Assembly: GCA_041752275.1 (NCBI GenBank)
Contig: JBGSHK010000012.1
Coordinates: 18,346-82,345 of the forward strand
Length of the DNA: 64,000 nt
Origin: Minisyncoccia bacterium
GTDB lineage: Bacteria > Patescibacteriota > Minisyncoccia > Phycocordibacterales > CAIZLB01
Reading direction: 5' to 3'
Shown here in pieces: positions 11,464-21,823 of this stretch (position 1 is the first letter of the stretch; the number at the start of each line of letters is the position of its first letter). The position numbers and the translations under genes were made by a program. Under the pieces are notes generated by a model, which searched no databases, was not told where the DNA came from, and worked only from the letters and a program-made list of their open reading frames with translations.

Positions 11464-12030
11464 ATGAAAATATCAATATACACAACATTAAGCCTTGTAC
11501 TAGTATCTATATTTATAGGTATTAGCATAGGTTATTTTTATACATCAGATTATAAAAGTTCTATGTATGATAAAAATCCGACCATGGATTTAGGTTTAGC
11601 AAATAAAACATTTGACCTTAGATATATAAACGCAATGATTGCACATCATCGAGGCGCTATGTTATTGGCTGAACAACTGGGTAAAAATACTCAACGTCCA
11701 GAGATGGCAGCCTTATCTCAAAATATCTTAAAAGATGAACCAGCTGCAATAGAAGAATTGTATCAATGGAAAAAAGCCTGGTATAACGATACCAAAAAAG
11801 TTAAAGATCCTATAGTGGCAAACTTGGGTAGTTATGATGATAAAAGTGACCTTCGTTTTTTAAACGCTATCATAGCTCATCATGAGCAAGGTATTATGAT
11901 GACCAAAGAGACACGTATCAAGTCCACTCGTAATGAAATATTAAACAATGCAGATGCTGTAGAATTATTTTTAAGTAATGGTTTAAAAACATTAACAGAA
12001 CTTAGACAAGCTTGGTATAACGTAAATTAA
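11464..12030 (+). CDS. DUF305 (CopM-like ferritin-fold) membrane-anchored protein
   Basis: Two AMIAHHxGA / AIIAHHEQG motifs; in the copper operon. Confidence 0.85.
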   Translation: MKISIYTTLSLVLVSIFIGISIGYFYTSDYKSSMYDKNPTMDLGLANKTFDLRYINAMIAHHRGAMLLAEQLGKNTQRPEMAALSQNILKDEPAAIEELYQWKKAWYNDTKKVKDPIVANLGSYDDKSDLRFLNAIIAHHEQGIMMTKETRIKSTRNEILNNADAVELFLSNGLKTLTELRQAWYNVN

Positions 12031-12040
12031 TAAAATAAAA

Positions 12041-14245
12041 ATGACAAATAAAATATTTAAAATAAAAGGTATGCATTGCGCAAGCTGTGCTACTATTATA
12101 ACAAAAAAAGTCTCTGCACTTTCTGGTGTTAAGACTGTATCTGTCAATTATGCTAATGAAAAAGCTAAAATAGATTTTGACGATAATCTTGTAACATTAG
12201 ACGCTATAAATAATGATTTACAAAAATTAGGATATGCTTTTGTTGATGATGTGGATAAAGATATAAAAAAAACAAACGATAAAGATTTAGATTTTATTGA
12301 ATTAAAGAACAAAGTAGAATTTATTCTACCTGTAACTTTTGTTATATTTATTTTGATGATGTGGGATATATTGTCTCGTACTTTTGCGAACGTTCCGAAC
12401 TTACCTATGCCGATGTCTCTATTCAATATCCTGTCTATGATAGTTGCTACTATTGCTTTGTTTTGGGTTGGTAAGCCATATTTGCAAGGTGTCTTGAGAT
12501 TTGTACAACATAGAGTGGCAAACATGGATACTCTTATAGGTATAGGAACTTCAGCTGCCTATATATATAGTTTAGCTATTACTTTATTTCCTGAGTTGAT
12601 AAAAATATTAAATCTACCTAACTATACATATTTTGATGTAACCATAGTTGTTATAGGTTTTATAACATTAGGTAAATATTTGGAAATGGGTTCAAAAAGA
12701 AAAACAGGGGACGCCATAGAAAAACTTTTAGGATTGCAGGCAAAAACCGCTTTGCTTTTACGTGATGGAAAAGAGATAGAAGTTTCTATAAACGAAGTTG
12801 TTCACGGAGATGTGTTAATAGTTAAACCAGGAAACAAAATACCAGTAGACGGAATAATACTAGAAGGTTCATCTTTTATAGATGAATCAATGATAACGGG
12901 TGAACCTATGCCTACACAAAAAAAAGTCGGTGACAATGTTGTTGCTGGAACATTGAATACAAACGGATCATTTACTTTTAAGGTGACAAAAGTTGGATCA
13001 GAAACCTTATTGTCCCAAATCATAAAAATGGTTGAAGATGCTCAAGGTAGTAAGGCACCTATCGAGGCTTTGGTTGATAAAATATCTAGTATATTTGTAC
13101 CAATAGTTTTAGTGATAGCATTTATCACATTAATAGCCTGGATGATATTTGGAACATTTTCCATAGCTTTACTTTCATTTGTAAGTATATTGGTTATAGC
13201 TTGCCCTTGTGCTTTAGGATTAGCTACGCCTACAGCTATTATAGTTGGAGTAGGTAAAGGTGCTCGAAACGGTATCCTTGTGAAGGATGCTGCTACACTA
13301 GAGCATCTACATAAAGTCGATACAGTTATAGTTGATAAAACAGGTACTATAACTGTAGGTAAGCCAACTCTTGTTGATATAGAAAATTTTACAGATCTTG
13401 ATAAAAATGATTTTGTAAAAATAATTGCTTCCCTTGAAAGTAAATCAGAACACCCTATAGCCCACGCAATAATTAATTATTCAAAAGAGAAAAATATATT
13501 ATTGGACAATGTTGATGATTTTGAAATCATACCTGGTCAAGGTCTACAGGGATCTATAAAAGGTGTTAAATATTTTCTTGGAAATTTTAAATTAATACAA
13601 AATCTTGGTTTAGATTTTAATATATCAAAAATAGAACAATATACAGCACAGGGAAAAACCCCTGTAATACTGGCCAACAAAGATAAAGTCCTAGGTTTTG
13701 TTATGGTCTCTGATGAAATTAAAAAAGAGTCTCATCAAGCAATAAAAGATTTGCACAATCTTGGTATAAAAGTGATTATGCTAACAGGTGATGATGAAAA
13801 AGCTGCAAAGTATATAGCGTCTTTAGTTAACATAGATGAAGTTGTTGCAAATGTTTTACCTCAAGATAAATTAGCAAAGATAAAATCATTGCAAGCTGAG
13901 GGTAAAATAGTTGCTATGGCCGGCGATGGTGTAAATGATGCACCAGCCCTAGCTCAAGCCAATGTAGGTATTGCTATGGGAACAGGTACAGATGTTGCCA
14001 TAGAATCGGCTGGCATAACTCTGCTACATGGAGATATATCAAAACTTGTAAAAGCTATAAATCTTTCTAAAATGACAATGAGGGGTATTAAACAAAATCT
14101 TTTCTGGGCATTTTTCTATAATGTTATAGGTATTCCACTTGCCGCACTCGGTCTACTTAATCCAATATTTGCAGGATTTGCAATGGCAATATCTTCATTT
14201 TCAGTTGTGTCAAATTCACTTCGTATTAAAACTAAAAAAATATAA
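12041..14245 (+). CDS. copA: Cu(I)-translocating P1B-type ATPase
   Basis: GMHCASC heavy-metal-binding domain, [30 protein letters not shown]...MA.SS. Confidence 0.97.
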   Translation: MTNKIFKIKGMHCASCATIITKKVSALSGVKTVSVNYANEKAKIDFDDNLVTLDAINNDLQKLGYAFVDDVDKDIKKTNDKDLDFIELKNKVEFILPVTFVIFILMMWDILSRTFANVPNLPMPMSLFNILSMIVATIALFWVGKPYLQGVLRFVQHRVANMDTLIGIGTSAAYIYSLAITLFPELIKILNLPNYTYFDVTIVVIGFITLGKYLEMGSKRKTGDAIEKLLGLQAKTALLLRDGKEIEVSINEVVHGDVLIVKPGNKIPVDGIILEGSSFIDESMITGEPMPTQKKVGDNVVAGTLNTNGSFTFKVTKVGSETLLSQIIKMVEDAQGSKAPIEALVDKISSIFVPIVLVIAFITLIAWMIFGTFSIALLSFVSILVIACPCALGLATPTAIIVGVGKGARNGILVKDAATLEHLHKVDTVIVDKTGTITVGKPTLVDIENFTDLDKNDFVKIIASLESKSEHPIAHAIINYSKEKNILLDNVDDFEIIPGQGLQGSIKGVKYFLGNFKLIQNLGLDFNISKIEQYTAQGKTPVILANKDKVLGFVMVSDEIKKESHQAIKDLHNLGIKVIMLTGDDEKAAKYIASLVNIDEVVANVLPQDKLAKIKSLQAEGKIVAMAGDGVNDAPALAQANVGIAMGTGTDVAIESAGITLLHGDISKLVKAINLSKMTMRGIKQNLFWAFFYNVIGIPLAALGLLNPIFAGFAMAISSFSVVSNSLRIKTKKI

Positions 14246-14263
14246 AATTATAATAATAAAAAT

Positions 14264-15247
14264 ATGAAAACATATACATTTCACATATCAGGAACTCATT
14301 GCGCATCATGTAAAATATTGATCGAAGATATTTTAGATAGTGCTACTGTGGACCTAAAAAAGGAAACAATAAAAATTCAATCTCACGATTTAGATGAAGA
14401 TGCTCTCTTGGAAAAAATAAATAATAAATTAAAAACACACAACTATGAAGTTTCTAAAGAAAAACAATTAAAGGTAAACAAAGTAGACCTTAGTTGGCAG
14501 GCTATACCAATAGGACTGGTATTCCTTTTTCTGTTTTTCATATTACAAAAATCAGGCATATTAAACTTTGGTATAGGTGGAAGTGTTACTCCGACAACCA
14601 GTTTCATTATTGGTGTTATTGCTTCATTTTCAAGTTGCTTGGCAGTGGTAGGTGGTTTGATATTGTCTTTGTCTGCAAAGGTTTTGAGTGATGATACTAA
14701 CAACAAAAAACCAATCTATTTATTTCACATTGCTAGACTTGTAAGTTTTGCAGTATTCGGTGGCGTTCTCGGTTTTATTGGAAAAAGTATAGGGATTAAC
14801 TTTGTACTAAGCTCTGTGCTTGGTATTATCGCAGCATTGATAATGATAATTCTCGGGTTAAATCTTTTCGGTATTTTCAAAAAAAATAAGATAACTTTAC
14901 CGCATGGTATGTTTAATTTTTTTAGAAAAGTAGAACATAGTTTCTGGGCCCCTATAGTTATAGGTGCAGCAACGTTTTTACTTCCATGTGGTTTTACTCA
15001 GTCTATGCAAGTTGTAGCACTTTCAAGTGAGTCATTTATAAAAGGATTTATGATTATGCTTTTCTTTGCTCTTGGAACCCTACCTGTGCTTTTACTACTA
15101 TCATTTGGATCTGTTTCATTTGTACATTCAAAATATAAAGATTTATTCTTTAAGGTTGCGGGGGTAGTTGTGCTAGGACTTGGAATTTTCGCACTCTTGT
15201 CTGCATTTGTTGGACTTGGAATTATTAAACCATTTTTTAATATATAA
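14264..15247 (+). CDS. HMA domain plus DsbD_2/TauE-like membrane protein
   Basis: GTHCASC N-terminus, SSCLAVVGG, LPCGFTQ, FALGTLP, multiple transmembrane helices. Confidence 0.85.
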   Translation: MKTYTFHISGTHCASCKILIEDILDSATVDLKKETIKIQSHDLDEDALLEKINNKLKTHNYEVSKEKQLKVNKVDLSWQAIPIGLVFLFLFFILQKSGILNFGIGGSVTPTTSFIIGVIASFSSCLAVVGGLILSLSAKVLSDDTNNKKPIYLFHIARLVSFAVFGGVLGFIGKSIGINFVLSSVLGIIAALIMIILGLNLFGIFKKNKITLPHGMFNFFRKVEHSFWAPIVIGAATFLLPCGFTQSMQVVALSSESFIKGFMIMLFFALGTLPVLLLLSFGSVSFVHSKYKDLFFKVAGVVVLGLGIFALLSAFVGLGIIKPFFNI

Positions 15248-15254
15248 TATAAAT

Positions 15255-15650
15255 ATGAATAAAAATATAATTATTTCATTAATCATAAGTGCAGCTCTGA
15301 TCACATCAATGATATTTTTTGTCGGAAATAAATCAAACAATAGTTCAGGCTTACCATCTATTCCCAATGTATCTGTTATAGATGGTGTACAATATGTCAC
15401 GATAAATGCTAGAGGTGGATATAGCCCAAAGGTTTCTACTATAAAGCCGGGTATACCAACCAAACTTATTATGAAAACCAACAACACTTATGATTGTTCG
15501 GCTGCACTTTCTATTCCTTCGCTCGGTATAAGGAAAATGTTGCAACCTGTTGGAGAGGAGGTTGTTGACCTTGGTTCTATTGAGCCTGGTAAAAAAATAG
15601 ACGGTACCTGCTCTATGGGAATGTATAATTTTAAGATTATTGTAGAATAA
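15255..15650 (+). CDS. Cupredoxin-like domain protein
   Basis: GGYSP, YDC, CSMGMY; start moved to MNKNII. Confidence 0.85.
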   Translation: MNKNIIISLIISAALITSMIFFVGNKSNNSSGLPSIPNVSVIDGVQYVTINARGGYSPKVSTIKPGIPTKLIMKTNNTYDCSAALSIPSLGIRKMLQPVGEEVVDLGSIEPGKKIDGTCSMGMYNFKIIVE

Positions 15651-15688
15651 TTTTTGAATCTTATAGATTGTGCTATAATCAAATTAAT

Positions 15689-17269
15689 ATGCAAAAAATC
15701 AAAGATAAAATCACATCTATACCAAAATACATTTGGACAAACAAAAAAAAGAAAAGAGTTTGGATGAGTGCTTTATTAATATTGATAATATTAGGATTTT
15801 CAATATTTGGCAACGGTAAACAAACCGACGTTTTAACATATAAAGTTGAATCAAAAGAATTTGTTCAAAATGTATCTTTAACAGGTAAGGTTATAGCTGC
15901 TAAAAACGTTGACATGGGTTTTGAGACTTCGGGTCGTATAGCAAAAGTTAACTTTAAGGTAGGTGATAGGGTAAAAAAAGGTCAAGTTATAGCCTCACTT
16001 CAAAACGGTGATGCTATTTCAAACTTACAAAAAGCTTCAGCACGTTTAAGTGAAGTTCAAAGTGGATCCAGATCAGAAGAAATATCTATAGCTCAAGGTG
16101 ATCTTGTTAATGCAAAAAACAATTTAGATCTTTCATCTCAGATTTTAAAAAATGAATTACAAAATATTTACAATAAAGCAGACGAGGCCGTTAGATCAAA
16201 AATAGACAATTCTTTTACAAATCCTAGAAGTGTTAATCCTCAGTTTAACTACTCTATAGATCAAAGTATAACTTTAAAAGATAGACTGTCTGCAAACAGA
16301 CTTAAAATAACAGAAATTTTTGAAAAATGGGTAGGAAAAACAGATATAGAAGATATTGATGAAGTAAAATTATATATTACAGAAATTCAAAATTTTATAA
16401 ATGATGCCAACACTGCTATATCCATAGCTACAGAAAAATCAGTATCAACAGATATAAACTATACAACAGCACAAGCAAATAAAACCGATATTCTTGCAGC
16501 AAGAACTAATTTTACAGCAGCGGTAAATTCCTTTAATCAAGCTCAAATAACATATAAAAACAGTATTGCTGAATTAAATCGTGCTGAAAACAACTTTAAG
16601 CTTAAACAAAGTGGCGGTACTCAAAACGAGATAGCTATACAAAGAGCTGATGTAACAAATGCTCAATCTTTTGTCTCAAAAACACTTATAGTAGCACCTT
16701 TTGACGGAGTTATAACTAAAGTTGATGTTAAAGAAGGAGAGATATCGTCACCAAGTACTCCTGTGATAAGTATGTTAAACGATGGTGAATATCAAATAGA
16801 AACATATGTATCTGAGAACGATATATCAAAATTAGAGGTAGATCAAAAAACAAAAATATCACTTGACGCCTACGGTAGAGATGTATTTTTTGAGGGTATG
16901 ATTATATCTATAGATCCCGCAGAAACCATAAAAGATGGTGTGTCAACATATAGAACAAAGATACAATTTTCACAAAAAGATGAAAGAGTTAAAAGTGGTA
17001 TGACATCAAATATAGACATAGAAACAGACAGAAGATTAGGTGTTATATCCATACCTCAAACAGCCGTTGTTTTGGAAAAAGGTATAAAGAAAGTTTATAT
17101 TTTAGAAAATGATTCTTGTATTTCAAATAATTCATGTGCTACAAACTTTAATAAAATGAAAGATATAAAAATAAGTGAAATAAAAACAGGGGAAATAAAT
17201 AATACAGGTGATATAGAAATTATTTCTGGATTAGAAAATAATCAAACAATTATCTATGGAAAGAAATAA
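15689..17269 (+). CDS. Efflux membrane-fusion (MacA/HlyD-like) adaptor
   Basis: SGRIAKVNFKVGDRVKKGQ lipoyl half, coiled coil, APFDGVIT, KSGMT. Confidence 0.9.
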   Translation: MQKIKDKITSIPKYIWTNKKKKRVWMSALLILIILGFSIFGNGKQTDVLTYKVESKEFVQNVSLTGKVIAAKNVDMGFETSGRIAKVNFKVGDRVKKGQVIASLQNGDAISNLQKASARLSEVQSGSRSEEISIAQGDLVNAKNNLDLSSQILKNELQNIYNKADEAVRSKIDNSFTNPRSVNPQFNYSIDQSITLKDRLSANRLKITEIFEKWVGKTDIEDIDEVKLYITEIQNFINDANTAISIATEKSVSTDINYTTAQANKTDILAARTNFTAAVNSFNQAQITYKNSIAELNRAENNFKLKQSGGTQNEIAIQRADVTNAQSFVSKTLIVAPFDGVITKVDVKEGEISSPSTPVISMLNDGEYQIETYVSENDISKLEVDQKTKISLDAYGRDVFFEGMIISIDPAETIKDGVSTYRTKIQFSQKDERVKSGMTSNIDIETDRRLGVISIPQTAVVLEKGIKKVYILENDSCISNNSCATNFNKMKDIKISEIKTGEINNTGDIEIISGLENNQTIIYGKK

Positions 17270-18539
17270 AGTAACCAATAAGAAAATACATAATTTTAAA
17301 ATAGGTTTTTTCTTAGCATATAGACAGTTGAAGCATGCCAGTATATGGACTACATCATTGATTGTTATGGTTATGATGTTAACTTTTTTAAACTTGGTTG
17401 TGGTAAACGGTATACTTGTTGGTCTTATACAAAGTTCTATACAGGCATCTGAAGAAAGGTATTCTGGGAATGTTATAGTTTCAACCTTAAGACAAAAGTC
17501 CATCATAGAGAACAGTGCTGAAATACAAAAAGTTTTATCAAATCTACCAAATGTAACGGATGTAATACCTCGTGTACTTGCAGGAGGTAGTGTTAAGTCA
17601 GACTACAACAGACTCTTAAAAGAAGGTGAAACTCCAAATCAAGCAGGTGCAAACATATCAGGTATACTACCTTCAAATGAAGACAAGGCAACAGGCTTAT
17701 CAAAGTATGTGATAGATGGAGCTTATCTTGATGATAATGATAGAGATGGTGTTTTGATCGGAGCTTTTCTTGTAAATGAACTTACGCCAATAGATGCCGT
17801 TGGTTTTTCTCAACTTAGAGAGGTTAAGGTAGGAGACAGGGTAAAAATAACAGTTGGTGAAAACAGTAGAGAGATGTATATACGTGGATTTTTAAGATCT
17901 AAGATAGACAACATAGATTCAAGAGTTATTATGATACAACCAGAGCTTCGTAAACTCATAGGTCGTAGTGATACCAATGTATCAGAAATAGCAGTTAAAC
18001 TTACACCAGGTTCAACTGAGCTAGATGCGTTACGTGTAAAAGAGATACTTTCAGCCAATGGATATGATTTTGATGCAAAAATACAAACCGCCACAGAGGC
18101 TCAGCCAAAGTTTTTGAAAGACATGAAGGATTTGTTTGGACTACTTGGAACATTGATGGGTTCTATTGGTTTAGTGGTTGCATCTATAACAGTGTTTATT
18201 GTTATTTTTGTAAACACACTTACGAGACGTAAGTTTATAGGTATATTGAAAGGTATAGGTATATCCTCAAAGTCTATAGAATACTCATATATCATACAGT
18301 CTGCTTTCTATGCTATAGTTGGGGCATTGTTAGGTATGTTGGTTTTGTATGGATTTCTAGTTCCGTTTATAGATGCCCACCCTATAAACTTTCCTTTTTC
18401 TGACGGTATACTTTATGCCCCGCTTGGAGGTACTATGTGGAGAGTATTGGCTTTGTTTGTTACGACTATTATCGCAGGATATATACCGGCACGCATGATA
18501 GTAAATAAAAATACATTAGACTCTATATTAGGTCGATAA
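17256..18539 (+). CDS. ABC transporter permease (MacB/FtsX/LolE-like)
   Basis: N-terminal TM, large extracytoplasmic domain, RRKFIGILKGIG, AGYIPAR. Confidence 0.9.
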   Translation: MERNKVTNKKIHNFKIGFFLAYRQLKHASIWTTSLIVMVMMLTFLNLVVVNGILVGLIQSSIQASEERYSGNVIVSTLRQKSIIENSAEIQKVLSNLPNVTDVIPRVLAGGSVKSDYNRLLKEGETPNQAGANISGILPSNEDKATGLSKYVIDGAYLDDNDRDGVLIGAFLVNELTPIDAVGFSQLREVKVGDRVKITVGENSREMYIRGFLRSKIDNIDSRVIMIQPELRKLIGRSDTNVSEIAVKLTPGSTELDALRVKEILSANGYDFDAKIQTATEAQPKFLKDMKDLFGLLGTLMGSIGLVVASITVFIVIFVNTLTRRKFIGILKGIGISSKSIEYSYIIQSAFYAIVGALLGMLVLYGFLVPFIDAHPINFPFSDGILYAPLGGTMWRVLALFVTTIIAGYIPARMIVNKNTLDSILGR

Positions 18540-18560
18540 ATAATTTTCAAAAATAAAAAT

Positions 18561-19232
18561 ATGCATGATAATATAATAGAAACAAAAAACCTTACAAAGA
18601 CTTTCACAGATGGTGATAAGCAAACCACTGTTTTGAAGGGTGTTGACATGTCTATAAAAAGAGGAGAGTTTGTTGCTATTATAGGTAGATCAGGTGCAGG
18701 TAAATCAACTTTGTTGTATCAGATAAGTTTACTAGACACACCAACATTCGGTGAAATTTTTATAAATGGTATAGATATACACAACTTAACAGAAGAAGAG
18801 AGGATAGATTTTCGTTTAAATAATCTAGGATATGTGTTTCAAGATTACGCCTTACTTCCGGATTTGACTGCTGTTGAAAACGTTGCTTTACCACTTTTGA
18901 TGCAGGGCTATACTCGTGATGAAGCATACAAAAGAGCGGCTGAAGTTTTGGATCAAGTTGGTCTTGAGGGAAAATATGAAAACATACCAGCAAAACTTTC
19001 AGGTGGTCAACAACAGAGAGTTTCTATAGCAAGAGGTTTGGCTCATAAACCTTCTATACTTTTTGCTGATGAACCAACGGCTAATTTGGATATCGAATCA
19101 TCACTTTTGGTTTTGAAAATATTTAAAGAGATACACTCGCGTGGTCAGACTATTGTTATGGTTACTCATGAGGCCGAGTATGCAAACACGGCCGACAGGG
19201 TTATAGAGATGAAGGATGGAATTATAAGTTAA
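18561..19232 (+). CDS. ABC transporter ATP-binding protein (LolD/MacB-like)
   Basis: GRSGAGKST, LSGGQQQRV, ADEPTANLD, VTHE. Confidence 0.95.
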   Translation: MHDNIIETKNLTKTFTDGDKQTTVLKGVDMSIKRGEFVAIIGRSGAGKSTLLYQISLLDTPTFGEIFINGIDIHNLTEEERIDFRLNNLGYVFQDYALLPDLTAVENVALPLLMQGYTRDEAYKRAAEVLDQVGLEGKYENIPAKLSGGQQQRVSIARGLAHKPSILFADEPTANLDIESSLLVLKIFKEIHSRGQTIVMVTHEAEYANTADRVIEMKDGIIS

Positions 19233-19253
19233 TAAAAATAATTAAAATAAAAA

Positions 19254-19688
19254 ATGACAACCGAACAAAAAGATAAGATTTTTAATTTTCTAAAAAATAC
19301 AAAAATAGCAGTTATGGCTACAAATTCTCCAGACAGATTATATCCTGAGTCAGCAGTTATAACACTGTCAGAAACCTCTGATTTACATCTGATTATTAAT
19401 TCTTCCAAACTGAGTCGAAAAAATAAAAACATACGAGATAATAATAAAGTTTCTGTCGCTATGGGTTTTGATTGGGAAACTATGCAAACCTTGCAGATTG
19501 AGGGTAATGCTCATATCATGACTGATGAGGTAAGGGCTAGTAATATGATAGATTATCATTTTAATAGAAATCCACATCTACTTGGATATAGAGGAAAAGC
19601 AGATCGTGAGTTTATAGAAGTGGTCCCCAAGTGGATAAGATATACCGATATTGCAAAAGGAGAAGTGTGGGAGGTAAACCTCTCGTAA
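19254..19688 (+). CDS. Pyridoxamine 5'-phosphate oxidase-like (split beta-barrel) protein
   Basis: AVMAT..PESA, SRKNKNIRDNNKVS, LQIEG.A. Confidence 0.8.
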   Translation: MTTEQKDKIFNFLKNTKIAVMATNSPDRLYPESAVITLSETSDLHLIINSSKLSRKNKNIRDNNKVSVAMGFDWETMQTLQIEGNAHIMTDEVRASNMIDYHFNRNPHLLGYRGKADREFIEVVPKWIRYTDIAKGEVWEVNLS

Positions 19689-19694
19689 AAAGCC

Positions 19695-19722
19695 GCTGTC
19701 CAAGAAATGACAGCTCTTTTTT
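19695..19722 (+). terminator. Intrinsic terminator, loop CAAGAAAT
   Basis: gctgtc-caagaaat-gacagc followed by tctttttt. Confidence 0.7.
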
Positions 19723-19730
19723 ACTCGAGG

Positions 19731-19812
19731 TTAGTAGAAGAAATGAAAAGCTCAAACAAAAATTAGTGTTCCAAGAAATGAACACTAATTTTTGTTTTCG
19801 CTTTAGTAGAAG
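19731..19812. repeat. 18-bp perfect hairpin bracketed by 10-bp direct repeats
   Basis: aaacaaaaattagtgttc(19754-71)-caagaaat-gaacactaatttttgttt(19780-97); ttagtagaag at 19731-40 and 19803-12. Confidence 0.7.
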
Positions 19813-19871
19813 TGAATAAATAAAAAAAACGAGGCGGACCCGGGTGGTCCGCCTGTTGAGGGTGGTGTTTT

Positions 19872-20324
19872 TTATCGCCGCTTTATGCAAGCGATTTTGT
19901 ATTTTTCCGGATGTGCACGGGTATACTCTTTGTTTAGAACTTTGACCCTCCATTTGGAGTCGACACGCTCTAGACAAATGTAGAACAAATTCTTATTTCT
20001 CATTCTGTCTCCAGTTCTCCATAGTTGTTCAACATTAAAAACAAGAGCAACATCTTGGTCTATATGATCTAAACTTGAAGGTTCTCGTCGAATGGTCCTG
20101 TGAATCTTTAGGAAATCACAGGCGGACAGTCTGTATAGAGTATCAGAAAGGTCAATGCTTTCGATTTCTGATACTGCGCAGATTTTAGATAAATCTTTGT
20201 GACGGGTTGGTATACGACTTTTGGTTCTAGCTGGACTGAAGGTGTATCTGATAACATAAGTGTTAATCAGTAATAGTACTAGGAGTAGGACATTGAGCCC
20301 TGAGTATTTTCTTTTGTTTGGCAT
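19872..20324 (-). CDS. Hypothetical membrane-anchored protein
   Basis: 150-aa ORF with an N-terminal hydrophobic helix; GC hairpin downstream (~19832-19853). Confidence 0.6.
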   Translation of the reverse strand: MPNKRKYSGLNVLLLVLLLINTYVIRYTFSPARTKSRIPTRHKDLSKICAVSEIESIDLSDTLYRLSACDFLKIHRTIRREPSSLDHIDQDVALVFNVEQLWRTGDRMRNKNLFYICLERVDSKWRVKVLNKEYTRAHPEKYKIACIKRR

Positions 20325-20441
20325 GGTGTTGTGGGGTTGCTTTCTGTTTATACAATAACAATTCAGGGTAAGATGTCAATCCAAGATAAATGCCGCCAAG
20401 TATGGGTTTGAAACCGTACTGGCGGCAGATTGTTTGCGTTG

Positions 20442-21791
20442 CTATACAGCCTCTTTCAGGTTGATGACGTATAGACCATCAACGATAGGTTCAGGCTGTA
20501 TACCTTTTTCAGTTTCGGCAATGATGGCCAGGCGGCGGATACATTTTTGACCAAATCCTCCGAGTTTTTGTTTACATCTCCACCATACCAATTTCCACTC
20601 GTCGATGGAGCTTGTCAGATACAAGGCGGCATTCATACAGTAGTCAACAGTCTCGCTAACATTGAGTCCTTCGAAGGATTGCCAGTTTCCCATAAGGTTT
20701 TCAATGTTCAGGTGGTCTTCGACAGTTGTGGCCAGTTTCAGCGAAGAATTGACGGTGGCCAATTTGAGTCGTTCTGATTTAGTCACTGAATGTCCATGTA
20801 GCATGAAGCATGCGTCAATGGTTTTTGATTCAATGATTTTTGCTTCGATAATCGTGTCGTATTTGTCACGAACGTCATCGTACAACTCACGGGCAGACTT
20901 GATACCGTGTCGACAAATGATCTCGATCACGTTCTTGAGCTCCTTTTCTGATACCGCTCGTCGAGCTGCTCTGACGAGTGCACGATGGGCCAGCGTTGGC
21001 CAAGGCATTTTGTTCTTGGCAGTGTAGAATGCTGCAACGAGCATTTCCCAGCTAGTGTCTCGGTTGTTGATACGCTTACGAACGAGTTGTCTGTATAGTT
21101 CGTGCGTCTTTTCTCTCATTTCATCTGTGAGAAAAGGTTTGTGCGTGAATTCTTCAGCTTTCTCGACCGTGTCGATCTCTTTCAGAAGAGGTAACAGTAT
21201 CGAGTTAGCTCTAGCAACCAAGAGTTTCTGAAAATCTTCACCGGCAGAATGATACCGCTCATAACATTCCTCGACCGTTTCGAGTCTGATGATCCGCTCA
21301 GCCTCAAGGAGCAAGATCTTGTAACGAATCTTTTCCTTTAAAACGTCATTTAGCCATTTTCCATAGCTTGAACTCAGGCTATGCAGCCCTGATACAGTTG
21401 AGATACTTTTGATAAGATCGTTACCATAGGTGTCAAAGATTGTACGAAGTAACTCCCTTTGCTCTTTTGTCATCGAATATTTCCAGATGATCTTCATAAA
21501 CTCGTACAAGCTGGGTGCATCCTGGATGAATGAAATCATTTTCGAGATTGTGGCGACATGCACCTTATAGTTGTCCTTTTTTGTGAGCTCGAGCATATCG
21601 TCGCATTCGTCGAATGTTTTGATATCTTCGAGCTTTCGGTTTAGATCAGGCTTTTGGCCAAGTGCTATTTTGACGGTCTCGGCGTCAATACCCATGTTTT
21701 TGGCAAGTTGAATAAGTTTGGTGTTCATAATTTTTTGGGGTCCTAACAACCTATTAATATCACATCTTAAGATAAAATGAAATTGATTCAA
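20442..21791 (-). CDS. Hypothetical helical protein (start possibly 21728), atypical composition
   Basis: 449-aa ORF, visibly more GC-rich than neighbours; tgccgcca/tggcggca hairpin downstream. Confidence 0.75.
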   Translation of the reverse strand: MNQFHFILRCDINRLLGPQKIMNTKLIQLAKNMGIDAETVKIALGQKPDLNRKLEDIKTFDECDDMLELTKKDNYKVHVATISKMISFIQDAPSLYEFMKIIWKYSMTKEQRELLRTIFDTYGNDLIKSISTVSGLHSLSSSYGKWLNDVLKEKIRYKILLLEAERIIRLETVEECYERYHSAGEDFQKLLVARANSILLPLLKEIDTVEKAEEFTHKPFLTDEMREKTHELYRQLVRKRINNRDTSWEMLVAAFYTAKNKMPWPTLAHRALVRAARRAVSEKELKNVIEIICRHGIKSARELYDDVRDKYDTIIEAKIIESKTIDACFMLHGHSVTKSERLKLATVNSSLKLATTVEDHLNIENLMGNWQSFEGLNVSETVDYCMNAALYLTSSIDEWKLVWWRCKQKLGGFGQKCIRRLAIIAETEKGIQPEPIVDGLYVINLKEAV

Positions 21792-21823
21792 CGTGATGGC
21801 AAAATCCTTTAAAATAAGCTATT

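Noticed and set aside
19612-19977. ORFs 19612-19977 (-) and 19631-19819 (+)
   Set aside because: They cross terminators and long hairpins and overlap real genes; shadow ORFs
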